In this document: in pieces, positions 1 through 12,460 of the stretch
Layout of the letters: every line of letters starts with the position of its first letter
Position numbering within the stretch: the stretch's first letter is position 1
NCBI RefSeq assembly: GCF_006345805.1
Contig: NW_021834230.1
Span: 10,624-74,623 of the forward strand
DNA: 64,000 nt
Source of the DNA: Octopus sinensis
Taxonomy: Eukaryota
Direction: 5' to 3'
Notes under the pieces: model-generated
What the model was told of the DNA's origin: nothing
The model's database searches: none
Seen by the model: only the letters and a program-made list of their open reading frames with translations
Made by a program: the position numbers and the translations under genes

Positions 1-232
1 ATATACACACACATATATATACACACACATATATATATACACACATATATATATATACACACATATATATATATACACACATATATATATACACACATAT
101 ATATATACACACATATATATATACACACATATATATACACACATATATATACACATATATATATACACATATATATACATATATATATACACATATATAT
201 ATACACATATATATACACATATATATATATAC

Positions 233-263
<31 letters not shown>

Positions 264-278
264 CATATATATATATAC

Positions 279-360
<82 letters not shown>
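1..360. repeat. (AT)n/(ATAC)n microsatellite
   Basis: Continuous atat/acac dinucleotide run. Similar runs recur throughout (e.g. 20860-21125, 37000-37082, 43850-45150, 50850-53100). Confidence 0.98.
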
Positions 361-361
<1 letters not shown>

Positions 362-423
362 TTGAGCTGACGATAGAAATGCTGATTTTATTTGGCTAAT
401 CTTGAAACGTTGACGTACTCAAA
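361..423 (+). ncRNA. Degenerate minimal hammerhead ribozyme motif (Penelope pLTR type)
   Basis: Stem I tttgag(361-366)/ctcaaa(418-423), core ctgacga, gaaa(404-407), stem III acgt-tg-acgt followed by A. Stem II pairs poorly. Confidence 0.4.
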
Positions 424-1189
424 CGATCTATGTACTTGTGATATTTTTCTGTATTTACCTCCAAACCTTCGTGGGCTGTCTGGAGTAAACATTATCTGAG
501 ACAAATTTTCTTTAAGTTGTAGAAATGCTAAGAAAATTTTTTTTGGCTGCTATTTCTACTAAGTTCAGTATGTGGCAAAGTAATTTATTTTACTAAGCCC
601 TAATTATATAATGTAAAATTTTGAATTCGCTTTAAATGGTCCTTTTACATACTGAACACTTGGTGAAATTGATTGATTAATTAATTAATTTTACCCTCAA
701 TTGTTGATGTATATATATATATATATATAGTGAGAGAGAGATAGACACGAGACATGCATACGTGTGGGTGTATATATGTATGTTTATCTCCTTTAGATAC
801 GCATGTTTGTTTGTATGCGGACATATCTTGATTATTTACTCATTAATTGTATTATAAAAGTGCTCGTTATCACATCAATACGTGGACGCAAGATAACATT
901 TCCGAGTTCATTGATTTGACATCGTTTTTCCAATACCAGCCAACGAGCGTACTAATTATTCTCGCAAAAGAAGATAAATTGATTTCACTGACAACTCATA
1001 TTTTTTTCCCAGATATCCATTACGTTTAAGTCTCCACGTTTTCGCTCCTTTTAAATGTCTAAAAATCTCCATCACCTTTTGAAGTGGAAACTACATGACA
1101 TGTGCAAAAACAACACAAAATTTTTTGCTGCGTTTGTCCAACTGCCATCTGACAACGTTTTATTACCCTCACTAATTAATAAGTAATAT

Positions 1190-1592
1190 ATATATATATA
1201 TATAAAACTGAAGTTGTGTGAGAGTCTGTCTCCTCCGATGTAGATTCCTAACTACTCCCACATTTTGCGGTGCAGTGTAACCAAAACCGGGTATCTTATA
1301 GTCGTGATTCATATCAAGCCCTTCTGGGTATTAGCACGCGTCTACGATGAGTCTACGATTTAAAAAAAAATTTACCATAATTTTTTTCCATTTTAATGCA
1401 TTTTTTCGCTATTATATAAGGGAAGTAACTCTCTAAAAATGTCTACGATGAGTCAACGATTTAAAAAAAATTTACCATCATTTTTTTCCATTTTTAATGC
1501 ATTTTTTTGCTATTTTTTGGCTATAACTCTCTAAAAATGCTTATATAGTTATTTCCCTTACAAACCCGAGCAACGCCGGGCGATACTGCTAG
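1190..1592 (+). mobile_element. Non-autonomous Helitron-like element, family 1
   Basis: 3' end cccgagcaacgccgggcgatactgCTAG|t (short hairpin + CTAG). Near-identical copy at 53432-53736. Confidence 0.75.
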
Positions 1593-1614
1593 TATATATA
1601 TATATATATATATT

Positions 1615-1845
1615 TCTTTATTGCCCACAAGGAGCTAAACATAGAGGGGAAAAACAAGGACAGACAAAGGGATTAAGTCGATTACATCAACCCACAGTTC
1701 ATGACTGGTACTTAATTTATCGACCCTGAAAGGATGAAAGGCAAAGTTGACCTCGGCAGAATTTGAACTCAGAACGCAGCGGCGGATGAAATACCACAAA
1801 GTATTTCGCCCGATGTGCTAACGTTTTCGCCAGCTCGCCTTATTT
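1615..1845 (-). mobile_element. SINE family B (core gaggtcgactttgcctttcatcctttcggggtcga)
   Basis: Reverse complement of the element at 54611-54840. Further copies at about 3413-3645, 9165-9395, 11505-11900, 19735-20105, 27640-27850, 29355-29565, 42640-43290. Confidence 0.85.
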
Positions 1846-1955
1846 ATATATATATATATGTGTGTTATATATATATATGTATGTATATATATATGTGCCT
1901 TTACACACACACACATACATAATTCTTTCCCAAATAAATTGCACTTCATATTTGA

Positions 1956-2034
1956 GCTCTGATGAAGCTATAAGGTGTTATTCAGGAACTCAACTATCAG
2001 TCCAGAGCATCTAATAGCAGAAACAGCTGTAAGC
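1956..2034 (+). ncRNA. Minimal hammerhead ribozyme motif (Penelope pLTR type)
   Basis: gct-ctgatga-a-gctat...atagc-a-gaaa-cagctgt-a-agc. Palindromic stem III acagctgt, stem I only 3 bp. Confidence 0.5.
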
Positions 2035-4059
2035 CATTGAAGTTCATAAGACAATAATTTATTCCTTTGTCATCTTTCTGTCTTATTACCGCTCTATACT
2101 CAGCCAATACTTTGTTCTGAAACATTTGTGTATTGAGTTCTACATCAGGATACTGGACACACAATGCCTAAGCAATATATATACAAAAAAAAAGGAGCAC
2201 TTTGTCAGTTATGATGATGGGGCTCCCAGCTGATATGATCAACGGAACAGCTCGCTTGTGAAATTAACATGCAAGTGGCTGAGTACTCCACAGACAAGCG
2301 AACCCTTAATGTAGTTCCCAGGGAGATTCAGCATGACACAAGTGTGTGGCAAGGCTGGCTTGTCGAAGGGGCCAGAGAACAGAAGAAAGAAGACATGCAC
2401 CCAACACCAGAGCTGAAGACACCTCCGAAGCGGGGTGGCCCCGCAATGTCAAAACAGTAGAGGAGTAGGGGCCAAAACCGGATGTGATTCCTCCTGATGA
2501 TGTCTTGAGCTAACTGGATCCTATAAAGGAGCTGTTGTGGGAGCAGACCACGAAACACGGTTGAAATCCCCAAGTACAATTCACTTTTGCCAGCTGAGTG
2601 GACTGGAGCAACGTGAAATAAAGGGCCTTGCTCAGGGACACAGAACCCGGTCTGGGAACCGAACTCACTAACTTCTGACTGTGAGACCGATGTTCTCACC
2701 ACTGAGCCAAGCACTTTCACTTGTATTAACACATTCAGTAATCACAGTTATTTTAGTTGTATGCCATTGTTCTTGTTGTTGTTGTCTTTTGTAGTTTGCT
2801 CTGCTTTTGTGACCTTGGTCTTTTTAAATTAGAATAATAAATGAACGAATTAACGACCCAGACATCGTCAAAGAAATAACGAGACAATAATTAATTAATT
2901 TGGTTTTTCTTTTAAACTTAACGAATTTCGCTTTTGTTGGTATTTCTAAACGAGTGATTTGCATTGTCATCACAATGTCTGGCCAGCAGACAAACGATGA
3001 CGAACTCTGTGATATTGGAAGTAATACCTCTTGCTTTGTTTCAGTCCATTTGACATTGCAGGCCATGCTGGAGCACTGCCTTCCTGGGTTTCAGAGGTTT
3101 TTCTCTCTAAATTATATACACATATTTAAATGGCGGTGCCCCAGCATGGCCACGGCTCGTGAGCTGAAACTAGATGAAATGAAAATAAATAAAAAATATT
3201 ATATATTGTGAAATTTGATTTAAAATTGTTAAATTGAATTTTTCCCTGTAAGTTTTGGAATTATATTCCCTACTATTATATATATATATATATATGACAG
3301 GCTTCTTTCGGTTTCTGTTTACCAAATCCACTTACAAGGGTTTGGTCGGCCTGAGGCTATAGTAGAAGATACTTGCCCAAGGTGGAACTGAACCAGAAAC
3401 CACGGTTTCTGAAGGTGGCAAGCTGACAGAGATGTTAGCACAACGTGTGAAATGCTTAGCGGTATTTCGTCTGCCATTACGTTCTGAGTTCAAATTCCAC
3501 CGAGGTCGACTTTGCCTTTCATCCTTTCGGGGTCGATTAAATAAGTACCAGTTACGCATTGGGGTCAATGCAATCGACTTAATCCCTTTGTCTCTCCTTG
3601 CTTGTCCCCTCTATGTTTAGCCCCTTGTGGACAATAAAGAAATAACACACCGCATGGTTGCAAAACGAACTCGCTAACCCCACAGCCAATCCTACATTCA
3701 TAAATTGCATCATCTTAACTTCTGTCATGGCTATGCAAGTCATGTTATAGCAAAATACTTGGTCAAGGACATTGAATTTTCAACCCATGAGAAATGCCAT
3801 GGATGAATTACTTTCATTGCAAAGCTATGGATTTTAAATAACAGCATTTAAAGTCACATTGATGTTTGCTGTTGTTTGTTGTCGACTTGTTGTACTAAAT
3901 AAATTGACTGACGTAAACTGCGTCAGATTTGCTGTCAACATTGTTGTCAGTGGCCGTCGATGTCATTGTTTATTCACTTAAGCGGACTGCAACGTCAAAT
4001 TCCCGTACGACAAGTTTACGGTGTTTGCATGTCGGAAATCAAATCAATTCAAATCAGAT

Positions 4060-4510
4060 ATCAGAAAGCAGAACCAAAATCGAAGTCGATCAACATCAAT
4101 GGAAATTGTAGCTGTGATACCAGTGCCAGTGACAAGTAAGCGAACCATCCGATCGTGGCCGTTGCCAGTGCCTCCCCGACTGGCCTCCGTGCCGGTGGCA
4201 CGTAAAAAGCACCATCCGTGTGTGGCTGTTGCCAGCCTTGCCTGGCCCCCGTGCCAGTGGCACATAAAAAGCACCATCCAATCATGGCCGTTTGCCAGCC
4301 CCGTCTGGCACCTGTGTCGGTGGCACGTAAAAAAAAAACACCCACTACACTCACGGAGTGGTTGGCGTTAGGAAGGGCATCCAGGCATAGAAACATTGCC
4401 AGATCAGACTGGGCCTGGTGCAGCCTTCTGGCTTCCCAGACCCCAGTTGAACCGTCTAACCCATGCTAGCATGGAAAGCGGACGCTAAACGATGATGATG
4501 ATGATGATGA
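4060..4510 (-). mobile_element. Interspersed retroelement family C with (CAT)n end and internal gtgccac/ggtgcttttt tandem subunits
   Basis: Shares catcatcgtttagcgtccgctttccatgctagcatgggtt...ggatgcccttcctaacgccaaccactcc with copies at about 12985-13375, 30915-31170, 39385-39720, 41530-41835. Confidence 0.8.
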
Positions 4511-4682
4511 ATGAAATGTTGTCCTTTTAACCAGAGTATGTCAAGTGCTTGCACGTATATGTCGTCACCATCATTCCAACTCAACAGCATTCAAACCAAC
4601 ACGCAAAGCTCTTGGCCACTGAGTCACTCAGCTCTCCTAAATATCAATAGAAATTCATATATATATATATACACACATATAC

Positions 4683-4713
<31 letters not shown>

Positions 4714-5203
4714 GGCGCAGGAATGGCTGTGTGGCAAGTAGCTTGCTTACCAACCACATGGTTCCAGGTTCAGTCCCACTGCGTGGCACCTTGGACCAAG
4801 TATCTTCTACTATAGCCTCAGGCCATAGTTTGATGAGAGGAGGACTGAGGACTTGATGGGGATGCTGGGGTTGGAGGAATCGGTGGAGTGGTTGGCAAGG
4901 GTCAGCTTTGGCAGGGTTTCTATTACTAGAAGCCCTTCCTAATACCATCCACTCTGTAGAGTAGCCTGGGTGCTTTTCATATGGCACCAGCACTAGAAGG
5001 GTTGCCAAGTTACTTGCAAGACAGAAAGGGCAATAAAGAAACTTTTGCTACCCAGTGGCAGGGGATGCTTCACCCAGCTTGCAAGGATTATGTCTTGAGT
5101 ATATGTCGCAATGACACCCGATTCTTAGTCCCTTCTCCCCCCACCCCAATAATAAACACACCTACTAGTTCTACTATACTTTTATTATTATTACTTAACT
5201 AAT

Positions 5204-5617
5204 AGGCACAGGAGTGGCTGTGTGGTAAGTAACTTGCTTACCAACCACATGGTTCCGGGTTCAGTCCCACTGTGTGGCACCTTGGGCAAGTGTCTTCTAC
5301 TATAGCCTCTGGCTGACCAAAGCCTTGTGAGTGGATTTGGTAAACGGAAACTGAAAGAAGCCCGTTGTATATATGTATGTATATATGTGTGTGTGTGCGT
5401 GTAATTTTGTGTGTCTGTTTGTCCCCCTAGCATTGCTTGACAACAGATGCTGGTGTGTTTACATCCCCGTCGCTTAGCAGTTCGGCAAAAGAGACCGATA
5501 GAATAAGTACTGGGCTTACAAAGAATAAGTTCCGGGGTCGATTTGCTCGACTAAAGGCGGTGCTCCAGCATGGCCGTAGTCAAATGACTGAAACAAGTAA
5601 AAGAGTAAAAGAGTAAA
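5204..5617 (+). mobile_element. tRNA-derived SINE family A, full length
   Basis: tRNA-like head with A/B-box-like motifs (tggctgtgtggtaag; ggttccgggttcagtccc), central ggatttggtagacggaaactgaaagaagcc, internal microsatellite, (gtaaaaga)n tail. More than 15 copies in the window. Confidence 0.9.
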
Positions 5618-5686
5618 GAATAAATTAATCAGTTAACTTACACTATTTACATTTGACGGATATTTGTCCTCATCTTGTTTGTTGTT

Positions 5687-5732
5687 AACACAACGTTTCA
5701 GCTGATATACCCTCCAGCCTTCATCAGGTGTC
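5687..5732 (-). ncRNA. Minimal hammerhead ribozyme motif in inverted Penelope-like pLTR
   Basis: Minus strand: gacac-ctgatga-a-ggctg-gagggtatat-cagct-gaaa-cgtt-gtgtt. Confidence 0.6.
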
Positions 5733-5906
5733 TTGGGGAAATTTCGAACCTGGGTTCTCATTCCTAAGGTATTTTTTCGATGTTATTATTATTATTGTTA
5801 TTATTGAGGTCACTGCCTGGAATCAAACTTGGAATCTTGGGGTTAGTAGCTCGCATTAATAACCACTACGCCATATGCCTGTGGACATATGGTGTAATTT
5901 CCCCGA

Positions 5907-5952
5907 GACACCTGATGAAGGCTGGAGGGTATATCAGCCGAAACGTTGTGTT
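5907..5952 (+). ncRNA. Minimal hammerhead ribozyme motif in Penelope-like pLTR
   Basis: gacac(stem I)-ctgatga-a-ggctg/cagcc(stem II)-gaaa-cgtt(palindromic AACGUU, no stem III loop)-gtgtt(stem I). Confidence 0.65.
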
Positions 5953-6049
5953 AACAACAAACAAGATGAGGACAAATATCTGTCAAATGTAAACAATGTA
6001 AATAAGGTACAAAATTCCTCATCTCTTAAATAATAATAATAATAATGAA

Positions 6050-6500
6050 ATTATTGTTTACAGTGCTCAGGTGCACCACAACTTGTCAAAAGTGCATATA
6101 AAGCATATGCAGTAACGTACAAATGTCTGGGAAGTGAACAGTGTATGAGTCAGATACATGCTTGTGTGTGTATGGAGGGGAGAAAATCAGGTGTAGTGTT
6201 GGCGAATCTCAGAAAGCATGGAAGTTTTGAAGGAAGCAGTGCTCCGACAATTAACAACTGATGCCGGCAGTTTGTTCCACGCTTCAGCAACTCTCAGCGT
6301 GAAAAAATGTTTCCTAAAGTCATGGGAGCTGTGCTGTTTTCTGACTTTGTAAATATGTCCACGGGTGTTAGATGGGTGGAGTTTGAAAAGGTGCTCAGAG
6401 TTATTGTTTGTAAGGTGGTTGATAATTTTATGGGTGTCTGCCAAGTCAGTTGCCAATATAGAACTGTGTCAGTTAACTTATTAACCCTGTCACACCGTGT
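6050..6500 (-). mobile_element. CR1/L2-like LINE 3' end relic
   Basis: Translation DLADTHKIIN...NTRGHIYKVRKQHSSHDFRKHFFTLRVAEAWNKLP resembles CR1-clade ORF2 C-termini. Same family on + at about 18130-18575, tail fragment at 17350-17510. Confidence 0.8.
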
Positions 6501-6562
6501 TCCTTGTATAGTGGGAATAGTATAAACGAAATCTCTACCAGATTCCCATTAAAAGTGAAAAT

Positions 6563-6975
6563 AGGCGCAGGAGTGGCTGTGTGGTAAGTAGCTTGCTAAC
6601 CAACCACATGGTTCTGGGTTCAGTCCCACTGCGTGGCATCTTGGGCAAGTGTCTTCTGCTATAGCCCCGGGCCGACCAATGCCTTGTGAGTGGATTTGGT
6701 AGACGGAAACTGAAAGAAGCCTGTCGTATATATGTATATATATATATATATGTATGTATGTGTGTATATGTTTGTGTGTCTGTGTTTGTCCCCCTAGCAT
6801 TGCTTGACAACTGATGCTGGTGTGTTTACGTCCCCGTCACTTAGCGGTTCGGCAAAAGAGACCGATTGAATAAGTACTTTGCTTACAAAAGAATAAGTCC
6901 TGGGGTCAATTTGCTCGACTAAAGGCGGTGCTCCAGCATGGCCGCAGTCAAATGACTGAAACAAGTAAAAGAGAG
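6563..6975 (+). mobile_element. tRNA-derived SINE family A
   Basis: Near-identical to 5204-5617. Other copies at about 9538-9925(+), 14545-14975(-), 15200-15570(-), 20470-20855(-), 41835-42215(+), 44470-44750(-), 45820-46215(+), 48035-48430(-), 50030-50430(-). Confidence 0.9.
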
Positions 6976-7094
6976 TATACTAAAATTAGACAACTGATCC
7001 ACATTTTAGTTTTGTAATTGTGTTTCTGATTCATTATTAATGGTGTTTCCCATAGATGTCCTTTATCTTTTTTGAGCTGTTGGTATACTTCAGG

Positions 7095-8220
7095 TACCCC
7101 TTAATCAGGGTTCCACTAGATCAGGGTACTTTACCGTCGGGGTACTACTCAGTCAGGGTACTATTGGATCAGGGTACTGTTTGATAAGATTACTACTAAC
7201 TTGGGGTACTTTTCGATAAGAGTACTACTAACTTGGGGTACTTTTCAGTCAGGGTACTGTTTGATAAGAGTACTACTAACTTGGGGTACTTTTCAGTCAG
7301 GGTACTGTTTGATAAGAGTACTACTAACTTGGGGTACTTTTCAGTCAGGGTACTGTTTGATAAGAGTACTACTAACTTGGGGTACTTTTCAGTCAGGGTA
7401 CTGTTTGATAAGAGTACTACTAACTTGGGGTACTTTTCAGTCAGGGTACTATTTGATAAGAGTACTACTAACTTGGGGTACTTTTCAGTCAGGGTACTAT
7501 TGATAAGAGTACTACTAACTTGGGGTACTTTTCAATCAGGGTACTGTTGATAAGAGTACTACTAACTTGGGGTACTTTTCATCAGGGTACTACTTGATAA
7601 GAGTACTACTAACTTGGGGTACTTTTCAGTCAGGGTACTGTTTGATAAGAGTACTACTAACTTGGGGTACTTTTCAGTCAGGGTACTGTTTGATAAGAGT
7701 ACTACTAACTTGGGGTACTTTTCAGTCAGGGTACTATTTGATAAGAGTACTACTAACTTGGGGTACTTTTCATTCAGGGTACTGTTTGATAAGAGTACTA
7801 CTAACTTGGGGTACTTTTCAATCAGGGTACTACTTGATAAGAGTACTACTAACTTGGGGTACTTTTCAGTCAGGGTACTGTTTGATAAGAGTACTACTAA
7901 CTTGGGGTACTTTTCAGTCAGGGTACTGTTTGATAAGAGTACTACTAACTTGGGGTACTTTTCAGTCTGGGTACTGTTTGATAAGAGTACTACTAACTTG
8001 GGGTACTTTTCAGTCAGGGTACTGTTTGATAAGAGTACTACTAACTTGGGGTACTTTTCAATCAGGGTACTACTTGATAAGAGTACTACTAACTTGGGGT
8101 ACTTTTCAGTCAGGGTACTGTTTGATAAGAGTACAACTAACTTGGGGTGCTATTCAGTCAGGGTACTATTGGGTCAGGATATTGCTGGATAAGAGTACTT
8201 CTCAATCAGGGTACGATTTA
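7095..8220. repeat. 48-bp minisatellite (about 20 units) with degenerate ~16-bp monomer flanks
   Basis: Unit cttggggtacttttcagtcagggtactgtttgataagagtactactaa in tandem about 7200-8160. It explains the 16-aa periodic ORFs in the track. Confidence 0.97.
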
Positions 8221-8930
8221 TCGAAATAGTTTCTGACTAGAGTCATCTGACGGCTAAACACTGGACAAGGTCAAGAGTGACATCAGGCTTTTTTTTTTGC
8301 TATTCAATTTTTTTGTGAAACTTATCTATTGTCATGCAGTGATTCAACTAGCCATGGTTGACACCATTCTGTGTCTATGGAGTCTGGTTCCATTACAATT
8401 GACCAATTGTTCCAATGAGAAAAAAGCAGCAAAACTATTCAAACAGATTCGTTTTTTTCACAAATCGAATCTTGAAAGAAAGTCTTTCTCTTTTCTGCTT
8501 TTATACATTTCCTGTTTTTCTAGTTTTGTTGTCGTTGTTGTTGTCATTCCTGCTGCTGCTACTGCTACTCCTGCTACTACTGCTACTGTTGTTCCATTTC
8601 TTCTCATTCTTCACCTTCACCTTCTTGTTCTTTCTCTTTACCTTCTACTATTTCCTCCTCTTTTTCTTTCTTTTTCTTCCGTCCTCCTCCTTCTCTTCCT
8701 TCCTTCCTTCTTCTCCTCCTCCTCCTCCTCCTCCTCTTCCACTACCACGACCACCACCATTGCTACCACACCATCATCATCGCCACCGCTTGCTAACGAA
8801 CCACATGGTTCCGGGTTCAGTCCCACTGCGTGGCACCTTGGGCAACTGTCTTCTACTATAGTATAGCCTTGGGCCGACCAAAGCCTTGTGAGTGGATTTG
8901 GTAGACGGAAACTGTAAGAAGCCTGTCGTA

Positions 8931-8962
<32 letters not shown>

Positions 8963-10014
8963 ATAAATGTAACAGACAACAAAAAAAAATACGGACAGAT
9001 AGATGATACAAAGACAGACAGGAAAGAAACAAGGATCATTCTGTTTCATTCCAATTCCATTTTCTGGATTTATATATATATGTGTATATTTTTATAGTTT
9101 TATTTGTCTCATTCATCTGACTTGAATTGATAAAAGGTGGGTTTTTTTTTCTAATTTATATATATATTTCTTTACTGCCCACAAGGAGCTAAACATAGAG
9201 GGGACAAACAAAGACAGACAAAGGTATTAAGTCGATTACATTGACCCCGGTGCATAACTGGTACTTAATTTATCGACCCCGAAAGGATGAAAGGCAAAGT
9301 CGACCTCGATGGAATTTGAACTCAGAATGTAACGGCAAACGAAATACCACAAGGCATTTCGCCTGGCGTGCTTACGTTTCTGTCAACTTGCTGCCTTTGC
9401 TTACAGCACCTAGGTTTCCCAGGCGGTCACCCATCTAAGTACTAACTAGGCCCAATGTTGCTTAACTTCGGTGATCGGACGAGAACCAGTGCTTTCAACG
9501 TGATATGGCCGTAATTTCTAATTGATATATATATGTATAGGCACAGGAGTGGCTGTGTGGAAAGTAGCTTGTTTACCAACCACATGGTTCCGGGTTCAGT
9601 CCCACTGCGTGACACTATAGCCTTGGGCCGACCAAAGCCTTGTGAGTGGATTTGGTAGACGGAAACTGAAAGAAGCCTGTCGTATATATGTATATATATA
9701 TATATATATGTGTGCGTGTGTGTTTGTGTGTCTGTGTTTGTCCCCCTAGCATTGCTTGACAACCGATGCTGGTGTGTTTATGTCCCCGTCTCTTAGCGGT
9801 TCAGCAAAAGAGACTGATAGAATAAGTACTGGGCTTACAAAGAATAAGTCCCGGGATCGAGTTGCTCGATTAAAGGCGTTGCTCCAGCATGGCCGCAGTC
9901 AGATGACTGAAACAAGTAAAAGAATAAAGAGATATATATATTATACTTTGTGAAATTTGATTTAGTATTTCTATATTGAATTTTTCCCTGTAAGTTTGGA
10001 ATAATATTCCCTCA

Positions 10015-10058
<44 letters not shown>

Positions 10059-10134
10059 TATTATTATTATTATTATACATACATATCTATTTCTCAATCT
10101 ATTTACCAATTCTTTTTCTTTTGTCTCGTTGCAG

Positions 10135-11047
10135 ATGAGACCATTCCGGTCATGTCAGAATCAATGTTGTTGCTGTGTCGTTGCCATCCTGTTGCCGCTA
10201 GGGAGCGTGATACTGACCGGTATCGGGGTGTGCGTGATCCTGAAATACGTCATGATTCGCACGGATTTACTACTTCCGGAGCTACAGAACCATGATGGTC
10301 AAAAGATCGTTGGCATCATTCTCACCTCGGTCGGGGTGTTGGGCATAATTATCAGTGCCATAGTGGCAATACTATACTTCACGGTGTGTCATGAAAGTCG
10401 GAGTGGACAGCCCGCCGTTGCACAGAAAATATGCAAGAATGGCATTGAAGAAAATTCAAATTCCCCTGCCACACCAAAAATGCAGGCCAATGGCCATCTC
10501 ACGCCGAAATCCCCTGCCAAGAGGCAACCCTCCACCCCTAAATCTCTATTTAGTAGCGAGAGAATGGACTCTGCCAAACCCATTTCGACTATTGGAGTTC
10601 CCCCGACTTCGACGCCAAGGAGAACGCGGGGCGGCAAGAACGGCCGTCCACTTTCTTCGAATTTGGACATTGTCGAAGAAGTGGACGGTGACGTTCCGGT
10701 GCCGATGTTGCAACTCAATGGCAGAGATCTCAATCTGTCGAACAGCTGTAAACGTACCGACACCGTTTTCCATAATGGACAGAACGGCATTGTACCGAGA
10801 CCGATTCTGAAATCTTCTTCCACCACCACCACCACCACCACCAACACCAACACCACCACCACCAACATCATCACTGCTACTACAACTACTACTACTACTA
10901 ACACTGTTCTAACTAGCAACAACATCGCATCCACCAATTCTATAGCGGCTGCTCCTGCTGCTGCTACTGCTACTTCTAATACTAAATCTGTTTCAAGGTC
11001 CTTATTTTCAACGGGAAACATTCCGGACTCGTCCACTGACAACAATC

Positions 11048-11088
<41 letters not shown>

Positions 11089-11183
11089 ACAACTACTGCC
11101 CGAACATCTACATCAAGCAGTTCCCATACTTCATCTGTACATTCAAAGCCCTACCACGATAGCACCAACACCACCACCACCAC

Positions 11184-11218
<35 letters not shown>

Positions 11219-11307
11219 TTACAGACCTTGACCACTCGAATTGTGATTCAGACCAAGATACACAAACACAGGACTCAGATTGCGAAATAACATCAAGTAG
11301 ACTATGA
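10135..11307 (+). CDS. Uncharacterised two-transmembrane protein with Cys cluster and long low-complexity C-terminal tail (single large coding exon, 390 aa)
   Basis: Pyrimidine tract + cag directly before ATG at 10135. CCCC then two hydrophobic segments (VVAILLPLGSVILTGIGVCVIL; IVGIILTSVGVLGIIISAIVAILYF). Simple repeats inside the ORF are all in-frame triplets, while dinucleotide repeats resume just after the stop. Confidence 0.75.
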
Positions 11308-12064
11308 TACCCGTGTATGTCTCAGGTGTGTGTGTGTGTCTGTGTGTGCGTGTGCCAAATTCTGACATCCTGATTGGTTTTCTTCCTCAATATGCAATGC
11401 CAAGATATTTGGTTATCAATGTTGTTGTTATTATTATTTTTATCTTTATTATTATTATTATTACTATTGTTGTTGTTGTTGTTTAATGCGGTAAGCTAAC
11501 AGCATAATTTGCATGCCAGGTGGAAATGCTTAGCAGTATTTCGTCTGCCGTTACGTTCTGAGTTCAAATTCCACCTAGGTCAACTTTGCCTATCATTCTT
11601 TCGGGGTCGATAAATTAAATACCAGTTACATACTGGGGTCGATGTAATCGACTTAATCCGTTTGTCTGTCCTTGTTTGTCCCCTTTATGTTTAGCCCCTT
11701 GTGAGTAGTAGAGAAATAGATATTTCATCTGCCGCTATGTTCTGAGTTCAAATTCCGCTGAGGTCGACTTTGCCTTTCATCCTTTCGGGGTCGATTAAAT
11801 AAGTACCAGTTTTGCACTGGGGTTGATATAATCGACTTAATCCATTTGTCTGTCCTTGTTTGTCCCCTCTGTGTTTAGCCCCTTGTGGGTAGTAAAGAAA
11901 CAAGTATTTCGTCTGTCTTCATGTTCTGAGTTCAAATTGTGCCAAGGTTGACTTTGCCTTTTGTCCTTTCGGAATTGGTAAATTGAGTACCAGTTGAGTA
12001 CTGGGGTCGATGTGGTTGACTGTCCCCCTCTCCACAAAATCCAGGCCTCATGCCTATATTAGAA

Positions 12065-12095
<31 letters not shown>

Positions 12096-12229
12096 GGCAT
12101 AAGCATGTGATAAACATCCTTTTATCCTTTCGGGGTTGATAAAATAAGTACCAGTGATACACTGGGGTCGATGTAATCGACTCATCCCCCTCCCCTCAAA
12201 ACTGCTGCCCTTGTGACAAAATTTGAAAC

Positions 12230-12264
<35 letters not shown>

Positions 12265-12404
12265 TTAGTTGAAATGCCCTTGAAGTCAACTTTGCATTTT
12301 ATCTTTTAAGGGTCAATAAAATAAGTACCTGTTAAAAACTGGGGTCAATGTGAGTGACTGGTCCCCTCCCCCAAATTGCAGGCCTTGTGCTCAAAGTAGA
12401 AAGG

Positions 12405-12460
<56 letters not shown>

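Noticed and set aside
5191-5433. Recurrent ORFs such as MLGGQTQT...[22 protein letters not shown] and MTTDAGVFTSPSLSGSAKETDR
   Set aside because: Reading frames of SINE family A, repeated at many loci in both orientations.
7200-8229. CRISPR-like array or a repetitive protein (220 aa/192 aa ORFs)
   Set aside because: Units are directly adjacent with no unique spacers, the genome is eukaryotic, and single-base indels shift the frames.
10389-11045. 218-aa antisense ORF
   Set aside because: Shadow of the + strand ORF, kept open by its triplet repeats.
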